Shown here one piece after another: positions 56,401-64,000 of a stretch of DNA of 64,000 bases (the first letter of the stretch is position 1; every line of letters starts with the position of its first letter). A program made the translations under genes and the position numbers. The notes beneath the pieces were generated by a model, which was given only the letters and a program-made list of their open reading frames with translations, was not told where the DNA came from and did no database searches. The stretch is from Naegleria gruberi (lineage: Eukaryota), in the NCBI GenBank assembly GCA_000004985.1, contig GG738901.1; one strand, given 5' to 3'.

Positions 56401-57864
56401 ATAGTCGAGCACTTTACTTCCTCTCAACCTAGAGATAATGAGTTCTTTTGCTTTATTCCAGCCAAAATGCAAAGATTATACTTTTGGATTAGCTCAAGAT
56501 ACTCTTTACTATTTTCTCAGGTGGATATTTCATCAAGAAAGAGTGAGAAGGTCCAACAATTTTCAAATTTGACCAAGCAAGATGAGTCTAAATTCAAGCA
56601 AGTGAAAAATCATTTAGAAAGCATACACTCATCCTTTAATAATGAATTTATTGATAATCTATTTAATGGAATTCAATTACTTGACTTTGATGAGTGGACA
56701 TATTTCGAGTTAAATATCCAGGATGAAATGTGCCACAAGGTATTATCTTCCTACTATAAGAATCAATTCCTTCAATATAATACCCTACTCTCATCCAAAA
56801 TGTCCCAAAACTCATTACCGTTCATGCTTTCAACATTGTTTTCACAGGCATTGTCTTTTGAAAGGGAATGCGAGCATCATTCTATAATGATACAATCCCT
56901 GATTGGCTTGATTCCAAAATTCAGTACGAATGACCAATTTTCCAACCAAGACCAATTTTGGCTATTTAAATCATGGCTACAAGCTATGCAATCAAGTCAA
57001 GAACATTCGAGAAAATGCCTCTATGATTTCGTAATATTTACCGAGCATCTAGATCCAATTATTTATTATTTGGGAACATATTCACTCTCTGTATTCTCCC
57101 AAGATTTTGATTCGAATATCAAGGTTTTGAAAAATACCCTTTCTCAATTTTCAAAATCTTGCCTTATACCAATATCACATCTGCATCCTTGGCCAGTTTT
57201 GTTTACCTCAAAGATTTTGGAAGGATTATTTTCACTAGTTTCCATTTCTCTAACCTGGATACCAAAGAGAGATACTTCAACTAGGGAACTGAAACAGTTG
57301 TTCAGAAATTTCATAACAGAAAACGAAATACTCAAACTTAATATTACAAGACATCTAGGATTACATGTATCAAATTTGGAGACTTGGATTTTCAATTACT
57401 TTTCAAACTCTCAAACAAACAAGGAAGAACTTTTATATAATTCAAAGGAAACACTCAAGGAAATTGTATCAGATTTGGAAAGGGATTATAATTTTGGTTT
57501 AAAGTTTTTGGTAAAGGAAACTCCTCTTGCCTTACTGAACACAATGTTGAACAAAATTGATTGCAATTTTGGAGGTTTATTGATTTCAGACATGTTGATT
57601 TCACTATTTATTAGTCCAACAGCTTCGAAATATTTGGATCCATTCTTTGAATTGAAAGAAAAAACAATTGAACAGCTGCCATCTCAGATATCAATCCATT
57701 CCCAAACAATTCTTGATTATCTAGATGAAACCAAATTCTCAAATACCACAGACACCAATAGATTGTCCAAAATAATAGAACTTGTATTTGGGAGAATAAG
57801 TTCCTTACTGAACACTCAGGAATTGGGTAGAGAAATGGTTCGACTTTTTCCAACAATTACTTAA
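53467..57864 (+). CDS. Very large hypothetical protein of 1465 aa, predicted to be mostly alpha-helical.
   Basis: Single uninterrupted ORF starting at ATG 53467. It opens with a Ser-rich, basic segment. The remainder is leucine-rich and helical-repeat-like (HEAT/ARM-like by composition only). No family was recognised. Confidence 0.55.
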   Translation: MKRKLPSSSSSNSGGNFDHHQQNSLSSSNSRMMEMIRSQKERRKKIKQQENTSSAFFIMDTLHGIYSEKKNTSSSASSEVQSLFNLVTIGLLADLSKCENSLEIFREKIEKYIVHSDQYRDEANLMNQFIVYHIYLSQEIFLCFLRSKSEAVIRDRLIEIGLKSILAFVNSNSNIIEYYFNRFFKFLNCEFINKLADRNVWIHMLSSTEFLQFTSKGIQRLFNVTSEDTLTLHITTLSLLQESQTISIPNFIMTCSDYFIDNLAHRTILENHNFESNPNIVQHFENVSYQCIWFITFYDKKRDTSKLLRFISNFRKVRQGENSPLMIWENLSNNLSNPLPLKSYMTLLKSGKKIIDKPLFQSFVISEFYNLFQVSDKLSTEEIFKKNKEPIYLTVEPGSDKILEEVFQWNMDNLENFNEQMCDILRELFSFQNLDFVVMTHFVNKLLKLQENTILKLLDELVLEYINREDIPGCVNCLIIGRNIFPIPKTMKPKNAVSNGNLHLSTIDQWMKDNFFVYLSSGGTNTGIERNTRQASFVTKLIEYIIPLENSLLLTLYQKVLNNLVNSRYELVSTLLNKIKKAQQSETETDQDSTADSDYEELKTILLEYEKYGENAYNTSSKSSILPLSYYPVMKKTKWCNVIVPQLLSFTLRDSHDGVMRTKFEKLKSALISSLVNRKLIPKDMIQIADPKEDSQGVESASSTLHLKVSLVEGCLLRVVSEIENQIKKQSTNIDSLLALFFECHTAITAVTNILKSETFDVKVRNSTQSKLVEIVLQSFYECCMVMGSFSQHEGLLVTILSDGNSQISETSSSQRKQNHLDWIVLFKVSVLMPLANVSSLIKDRILKLLKNINTKDSNSDLIFTMSVLLSSLITVSTNEVTIIQEFIELTNKGKDQSSHKVLANGLEERMALIKACFFIWDEIKPKNFVESIIFAKLIVSCLELCHHFQNYNSDFGESINVIDCISHNILEETFQRSIVEHFTSSQPRDNEFFCFIPAKMQRLYFWISSRYSLLFSQVDISSRKSEKVQQFSNLTKQDESKFKQVKNHLESIHSSFNNEFIDNLFNGIQLLDFDEWTYFELNIQDEMCHKVLSSYYKNQFLQYNTLLSSKMSQNSLPFMLSTLFSQALSFERECEHHSIMIQSLIGLIPKFSTNDQFSNQDQFWLFKSWLQAMQSSQEHSRKCLYDFVIFTEHLDPIIYYLGTYSLSVFSQDFDSNIKVLKNTLSQFSKSCLIPISHLHPWPVLFTSKILEGLFSLVSISLTWIPKRDTSTRELKQLFRNFITENEILKLNITRHLGLHVSNLETWIFNYFSNSQTNKEELLYNSKETLKEIVSDLERDYNFGLKFLVKETPLALLNTMLNKIDCNFGGLLISDMLISLFISPTASKYLDPFFELKEKTIEQLPSQISIHSQTILDYLDETKFSNTTDTNRLSKIIELVFGRISSLLNTQELGREMVRLFPTIT

Positions 57865-58063
57865 ATCCCTTTTCATCCACTACATTTCATTCATTAAGAA
57901 AATAGAACACATCTCTACCGCAACAATTCCAAATCCTCAAATTAACACCATCCACCAAGATATTCCCAAAATTTTAAAAACTATTATCCATCAAATATTA
58001 GCAAGCAATCCGATTAATTTTATTGCCATTGCCGAACAAGCCATACATGGCAACATTTCAGGT

Positions 58064-58393
58064 TTGCCACACTTTGAAGAAGACTCCTACCAAAAAGCGG
58101 AATATCAATCATTAATTACCATAGCCCTAGTTCAAATAATTTTGGCAAATGATGAGTTAATAAGATGCATCCTTAATCCAGATAGTGAGTCTCCATGGCT
58201 CGCTTTAACAAACTCTGCTGAATTCCAAAATATACTTTCTCAATTATTGGAAAATATTAATTCAATGGCTCTCCATAGTGAGATTCTTGTAAATTCACAA
58301 AGAATCAAGCTCAACCGAATCACTCCAACAGCACTCAATTTGGCTAGAAAGTTAATTCAAAAGAAATTAATCTCTGAAAGCGCCATTATCTAA
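58064..58393 (+). CDS. Orphan 109-codon frame with no in-frame ATG.
   Basis: The frame stays open from about 57950 to 58393. It has no ATG before codon M64 of the track translation, and the track started it at TTG. It may be an exon of a neighbouring gene or non-coding. Confidence 0.2.
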   Translation: MPHFEEDSYQKAEYQSLITIALVQIILANDELIRCILNPDSESPWLALTNSAEFQNILSQLLENINSMALHSEILVNSQRIKLNRITPTALNLARKLIQKKLISESAII

Positions 58394-60076
58394 TCATCTG
58401 ATACAATCAAGTACATAATGTAGGAAATAATAAATATCAGCGAAGGTGTACTTGATTTGATCATTTCATAAAGAACTTTTCTATTCTTAAGATTAGAATA
58501 AATCACCATAAGGAATTGTCTAGGAGCAATTTGACCCTTGAATTTTCCCAACTTGTCATTGATCTGAATTTGCCTCACATCGCTTACACTAAATCCAAAT
58601 GCTGTCAAAATCCAATTAATCAAGGAAATGTATTTTGTTGCCTGAACTGTTTTTAACTCTGAAACTAAATCTGTTTTTGGATCATACTTCATGACAGTAT
58701 ATTGTCCATTGAAAAAGTTTGAAGGTTGTAACCAAATTGAAGGAGCATTTTGAATACTCTTTGTATGTTTTCTCTTTTGAGCTTCCATGAAAAAATAATA
58801 ACGACTATAAACTTCTGACATCATGGCTCTCTTCCAAATGAAAATGAGTCCCAAACAGAATAGACCAATCCAGAAAACATTGCTTTGTTTCCATCTATTC
58901 AATCTACTGGCAGTCAACCAAGAATAGAAAAATACAATGAGTGTAAAGTCCCAACTCGTTACAATACCAAATGAATATAATTCTGATGAAATTGGATACA
59001 AGAGTGCAGTACCAAAATTAGTCATGAAATCCAACAATAAATGAGAACTCAAGCAACATGCAGATAATGTTGTACAATGTGTAAAGCTGTTAAATCCATG
59101 CAAGCCCAACACTTTCTGAACTCCAAAACCAATGAGTGGGGATAATAATAAATTAATAGGCAGAGAATGTGAAATAGTTCGCCTAAATGTAAGACTATTC
59201 TTGTCACGTCTTTCAAGCATGGCTTTCCAATTTCTTCTTGCGTTAGTAACTGTTGGTTGAGTATCCTCAGAATCAGAATCATATTGAGATAAATTACTAG
59301 AGCTACCAGCAGGAGTCTGTGCTGCATTAAGTGAAGAACTACTGAAACTTGAAGTCATTCCACCACCAGAAGATTCCTCCTGTTTCTTATTTGTTAATGA
59401 AATAAAAAGCTCCCACAATCTATGAATTCTGTCAATCATTCTCGAAAATCCCTTGAAGAATGACAAGAAAAACGAAATGATGAATAATGCAATATCTACA
59501 TCAGGTAAATTAGCCAAAATCATTCCAACTACGTAATACTTTTGTTCAAAAGTCAAATGGGAGAAGAATCGTTTAATTCTCCTCAGAAATTTAAACATAT
59601 TCGTGCTCAACACTTTAAAGAATTGTTTGAGTGATGTTTTTCTCAATAATTGTATCTTATCCTTTCCCATCATTAATTTACTTGCTCTATAGAGTTTCAA
59701 TTATAATATTTGGATCATTATTTTCCAATCAAGGCAATACATTCCATTGTCATCATTATCCGATAACAATATTTAAATAACAATTAATAGTAAATTTAAA
59801 TAATAATATTGATGATAATAATAATAATATTATAAATTAAATTGATGATCATCAAACATACCCATTAGCAGCCATTACTCCTCCATCCACAAGTGATTTT
59901 CCAATCAAGTAGAGAAATTGTTGTTGATCGGAGGTGTGTTTCAAATGTTCACTGTGTTTGACCATTGGACTCTCAGGAATCATTCGAAATCTCTTCCCTT
60001 TATCCGATACAAAATTCCTCTCAAACAAGTATCTCGAAATGACATAACCAAATATTGAGTGAATATCTGTTAACAT
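58390..60076 (-). CDS. Multi-pass membrane protein with at least 6 TM segments. Exons are 59862..60076 and 58390..59686 on the minus strand.
   Basis: Exon 1 encodes MLTDIHSIFGYVISRYLFERNF...VMAANG and ends at a GGGTATGT donor. A 175-nt AT-rich intron (59687..59861) ends at ctctatag, in phase 2, and joins in frame to ...ASKLMMGKDKIQ. The body has hydrophobic segments with His/Cys-containing loops (HSLPINLLLSPLIGFG, HCTTLSACCLSSHLLLDF). Confidence 0.55.
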
Positions 60077-60300
60077 TTTTTTATCTTAGTTTTGTTTCTG
60101 TTGTGTAAACAATTGTTGTTTGATAATTTTAATACTTTAAATAATAAAATTAAATAATAATTATTAAATATTTATATATTATTAAATTATGGTTGAATTA
60201 TCGTGCTTGGGTCATCATCGTCTTGATCTTGAGAAAATATCGCAACTGACTCTAATATCCTAGGAGGTGAATAATAAATTAGTGCTGGTTCTCTGAATAT

Positions 60301-61406
60301 TTATTCAGTCTTAGTCTTCTTCTTCTTGTTCCAATGAGGCTTACCACCACGTCCACCAAAGCCCTTTCTCTTATTCTTATTGCTTTCAGCAAACTTAGCT
60401 TCACAGGTCTTAGCAATATACTTTTCCAAATCTTCTGGAGCCATTTCCGAAGCAACAGCTTTACCTGGAAGTTCAATCTTTCCTTCATCGAATTGTTGTT
60501 TAAGAGAATCGAAAACTTCCTTTGATTCCAATCGAAGAATAGCCTTGGTCTTATCACCATCGAGTGGGAAATCAATAAACTTCAAACCATTCTTCTTGTT
60601 GTATGGCAATTTCTTGGAGAAATCAGCAAATCCGAACTTTTCGTCACCTTCAATTCCTTGAATGTGCAAGAAAAAGTTTTGCTTCAATTCAGTTTGCATA
60701 TTAGAAACATCTTCTTGCTTCTTTTCTTGATTCTTCTTTTGCTTACTTTCTTCACGTTCCTTTCTCTTTCTATCAAAATGTTGTTGCTTGGTTTCCAAGA
60801 GGAGAACAGATTCTCCAAACTTGAAGTCAGACTTTCCAGCCAATTCATTAACAGTAGATTCAGAATCGAATTCAATGAAAGCAGATCCCTTGAATGTACC
60901 ATTCTTTTCTCTTCTGGCTCTAACACAGACAACTTTACCAAAAGGTTCAAAAAGAGCCTTGATTGAATCGAGATTAGCAACACTTTCATCGAGTGGGAAT
61001 CCCTTAGCATATAAAGTACGAGCATTGCTAGTATCAACTTCTGGAAGAGCAGTGATTCTTCTAACCAACTTTCCTTCAGCATCAATTTCCAACATGGAAC
61101 TCTTCTTCAAAGCAGAAACAATAAGATCCATATCAGTAGAAATTTGTTTCATTCTATTAAAGGAAGCAATAGTCTTAAGTTCAACATCTATTCATCATCA
61201 TCATTATCAAATTATCATCATCATCAACAATAATATCAATGTATGGGATATCGGTTAATCAATATTGACAATATAAAACACTTACATCCTTCAGGATTGT
61301 TAGCAACGAGACTTCTCAAAAATTTATCCTTTGGAAGATTACTATCACTAAAGTAGAATTCAACTTGTTCACGAATCTTGTTTGAAGTAATTTCAGCGTC
61401 AGACAT
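60301..61406 (-). CDS. La protein (SS-B-like) with a La motif, RRM1 and RRM2. Exons are 61286..61406 and 60301..61187 on the minus strand.
   Basis: Exon 1 encodes MSDAEITSNKIREQVEFYFSDSNLPKDKFLRSLVANNPEG, the La-motif signature (QVEFYFSDxNLPRDKFL). A 98-nt intron at 61188..61285 has a GTAAGT donor and gatgaatag acceptor, in phase 1. Exon 2 begins YVELKTIASFNRMKQISTDMDLIVSALKKSSMLEI. The RRM runs RTLYAKGFP...GSAFIEFDSE and ends with a basic tail. Confidence 0.8.
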
Positions 61407-61832
61407 TTTGGTTATTGTTGTATTTTTTTAAAGACGAAAAAACGTTCAAATTTATTTCTGCAATAACATTTGTTGAAGTTGCTCAGAAATGCATAACAGA
61501 TAATAATAAAATATTTGATGATGGTGATGATGAACATGGAGATCAAGATCTGCATGATATGGTTCGGAATGATTCGTTTTTGAAATATAACGTGTTTATA
61601 AATACATTATCATAATGATGTGAGTTAGGTAATTGTTAATTGTTTAATATTAATGTGAGCATTATTAAGGATATAATTTCAATTGTCATCCTCAATGACA
61701 TTTCATGATAGGACTTCTTGGTTCACTACACTTTTGTTGGAATAACTATCTAGAGCTTGATCTCATTTTCATATCTAATCTTGGTTCCCTATAATATAGG
61801 AACAGCTAAGCAAAGCTTATTGCCTAAACAGC

Positions 61833-63136
61833 TTAGTTTTGATGTTCAGGGTGATTATGTCTCGAGTAGAGTGGTTGATCATCTATTTCGTCAGATAAAT
61901 CTTGTATATGAAGACCAGCAAAGGTACTTGAGCTCAGTGTACTCAATTTGATAACTTGCATTTTGCTGAGGGAGATTTCTAATTCTTGTTCAATTTCCTT
62001 TGAGGATTCCTCAGTGATGGCATTCTGATTTTGTAACCAATTGATAAAGTATTCTTCACTGGAGCAAGTGAGGATTGAGAAAACTATTCCTCTATAGTAG
62101 GACCAAAAGTAGTAACTGCCAACAAATATTGGTGTCATGGAGATGACAATTCTGATTGGAATTATTCTGTGAAGTGATAAGAGCCATGTCAGTAAGGCAA
62201 TAATAATACTAGCTACAATAAGAATGAGTCCACTGGTTTCAGTTGCTGCAGAACTGAACTCTTCAAGTACTCTGGAGAAAGTGAATATTGTAAATAAATT
62301 ATTAGTGAACACTTACTTTCTACTAAGAATAATCATAATAACAATCAATACCAAGTAAAAAATTGTAAATGAAAAATTGACAGCAACAGAAGTGACACTA
62401 TATCTACACTTGTCATTGCTAATATAAATTTCCTCAATTGCACTCGCAATAATACAGTAAATTATTACAGGAATCAGCAAGAGCACAATGAAAACCATGT
62501 TAATATATTTGAGTTTTCTCTTTGTTTTAAATCCAATCAAGACAATGAGTTGTCTTGTGAGCAATGTGCAAATCCAACCAAACTATTTCAATTTTTTAGA
62601 ATAATCCATTGCGAAGAAAATACTTACAAATCCAATATTGAAAAACCAAATTGAAAATGTCACACACAATCCCTTTGTTGAATTTGCGAGTAATCCATTA
62701 TTGAACTGTAAAATTCGAAAGATTAAGAATGTATCATTTCTAATACTGAAAAATATGAAATACCTACACAATATCCAATAAACATGACTGCATTGAAGAA
62801 TAAAGTTTTTGCCATTAGAAAGGGATGTTTCGAACGGACAGCAATCTTCTTGTACTTGGTAAAAACCAAAGCCATAGCAACGAAATTACACAAAATCATG
62901 AAACAACCAACAGAAAAAGCAACAATATCTGCAGGTGTTTGTGATGGTACTGGTTTAAATCCGAAAGGGTTTAGAATAGATGAATTAGAGGAATCTCCTG
63001 AATATAATGGTTGATATTGTTCCGTATCAAAATCTCCAAATAAATTAAACAGAGTTGATAGGAGTGGTGTTTGTTGTTCTTCTCCTATCGAATGAAATGT
63101 TAAATGTGTCATGTCATCCACAGTATGTTGAGACAT
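61833..63136 (-). CDS. Seven-transmembrane receptor-like protein (GPCR-like, family unassigned). The four minus-strand exons are 62768..63136, 62628..62705, 62317..62582 and 61833..62271.
   Basis: Four minus-strand track ORFs join through three introns of 62, 45 and 45 nt with GTAGGT or GTAAGT donors, in phases 0/0/2. The result has 7 hydrophobic helices:
- IVAFSVGCFMILCNFVAMALVF
- LFFNAVMFIGYCFNNGLL
- LCVTFSIWFFNIGFFGWICTLL
- MVFIVLLLIPVIIYCIIASAI
- FSFTIFYLVLIVIMIILS
- GLILIVASIIIALLTWLLSL
- ISMTPIFVGSYYFWSYYRGIVFSIL
The N-terminus is about 60 aa and extracellular. The C-tail is about 90 aa and acidic. Confidence 0.65.
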
Positions 63137-63269
63137 TTTTTATTATAATTGTTTGATGGGCTGACAAGCTTGATTACAATACTTTCGAATATTGTGATAC
63201 ATACATTTATTATGTATAGTGGAGAACTAAATACTGATTAAATATTAAATACATGCAGAATATCTTTGA

Positions 63270-64000
63270 TTACAGAACAAATCTTGGTACGTTCTCATTT
63301 TCCTGTGCTAAATAATTTATATTATCAATGTTATTCATTGATAACATGTTTCCAATATTAAATTGAGTAAGGTCTGTATTCTGAGAGAGGAGAAATGTCA
63401 GAATAGTTTCAGAATCATTTGGTCCTGTATATTCTGTGAAATAATCAGAGAAGGGATACTTTTCCAATTTTTCCTTAAAGAGATCAAGCTTGGTAAAAAC
63501 TATTGAAACATCCGCTGGTATATATTCTGAATAATTTACAAATTCACTAAAATTTTGTAAAGCCAACCAAAGACAATTAGCTCCAGAAATTGAGTCTGTT
63601 AAATTGTAATCTGCAAGGGAAATTAAATAAATTACTCGTGTCATGGTATTGTCAAAATGAGAAATCCACTTTCGTTTCTCATTTCTTTGTGGACTAGGAT
63701 CAATTAGTTTACTTGTTTCAAATGAAAATTCATAAATTGATGACTTGGAATGAGGTATTTTAGTTTGTAAAAGATCATGAATTGTAAAATCTGCATTGAT
63801 TGCTTGTAATTTGGCAATGAAATTCTCAGAAAAAAAGTATCGAATATTTTCCATATATCTGAAATGATGTGAAATGAATTCCAATTCCTCACTCTTTAGC
63901 ATTGTTAAATATTTCATAAATTCGATCATGCTTGATGTGAAAACTCCACTTTTCCTAGCTTTTTTAATTTCCTCATTTAAATTACTGAATTTAAAATCGA
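63270..64000 (-). CDS. Heterotrimeric G-protein alpha subunit, divergent, 3' part only. The 5' end lies beyond position 64000.
   Basis: The minus-strand frame is open to the window edge, and the track ORF's M at 63929 is internal. HDLLQTKIPHSKSSIYEFSFETSKLIDPSPQRNEKRKWISHFDNTMTRVIYLISLADYN aligns with G-alpha [60 protein letters not shown]. The switch-II DVGGQ reads DPSPQ, the switch-I TTG reads SKS, and NKKD reads TKLD. The effector region EYTGPNDSETILTFLLSQ matches FPEYTGPNTYEDAAAYIQ. Confidence 0.65.
   Translation of the reverse strand, partial: DFKFSNLNEEIKKARKSGVFTSSMIEFMKYLTMLKSEELEFISHHFRYMENIRYFFSENFIAKLQAINADFTIHDLLQTKIPHSKSSIYEFSFETSKLIDPSPQRNEKRKWISHFDNTMTRVIYLISLADYNLTDSISGANCLWLALQNFSEFVNYSEYIPADVSIVFTKLDLFKEKLEKYPFSDYFTEYTGPNDSETILTFLLSQNTDLTQFNIGNMLSMNNIDNINYLAQENENVPRFVL

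Noticed and set aside
1-64000. Prokaryotic-style features such as CRISPR arrays, operons, RBS, IS elements and rho-independent terminators
   Set aside because: The sequence is eukaryotic, with spliceosomal introns, cloverleaf nuclear tRNAs and poly-Q/N proteins. Nothing of these kinds was observed.

Overview
This 64-kb window is a gene-dense stretch of a eukaryotic nuclear genome with no prokaryotic features. Coding regions are about 60% A+T and spacers are more AT-rich. Introns are very short GT-AG introns, mostly 45-62 nt (up to 175 nt), with GTAAGT, GTAGGT or GTATGT donors. Genes sit 100-800 bp apart, and several convergent pairs have stops only 10-40 bp apart. The window also holds two Pol-III-type tRNA genes. 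Protein features point to a dictyostelid-like social amoeba (Amoebozoa) that is less AT-rich than D. discoideum. The evidence is poly-Q/poly-N tracts and GYPPQQ/YPPQQ-type repeats (known from Dictyostelium annexin VII). This organism assignment is inference only.

The supplied ORF track appears to call TTG and other alternative codons as M, and it omits ORFs that run off the window edge. I therefore rebuilt exon models by hand and checked exon phase against the ORF frames.

About 35 protein-coding genes are recognisable on both strands:
- mitochondrial thiolase (HADHB-like), cyclophilin, calpain, poly(ADP-ribose) glycohydrolase, 14-3-3, gluconokinase, La protein, WD40-HECT E3 ligase, RGS, TPR, F-box/LRR, MORN, SAP, SARAF/TMEM66-like, acid-ceramidase-like, TM2-domain protein, two alpha/beta hydrolases, a 7TM receptor and a divergent G-alpha subunit
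- several large low-complexity proteins with no recognisable domain

The most unusual structures are these:
- An ~0.85-kb segmental duplication carries a membrane-protein gene with a GYPPQQ-like tail. One copy has lost its own ATG and is fused in frame to an upstream ORF. A reading frame next to it is broken by two homopolymer frameshifts and an in-frame stop.
- A 7TM receptor gene lies 133 bp downstream of a G-alpha gene whose GTP-binding motifs are degenerate.
- A CG-containing motif, TTATTCGAAAG, recurs in both orientations in introns near 3' splice sites and in spacers.
- Two candidate structured non-coding RNAs and one aberrant tRNA(Asn)-like gene are present.

No transposon, rDNA or CRISPR feature was found. 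I could run no searches, so family assignments rest on motifs I recognise by eye.
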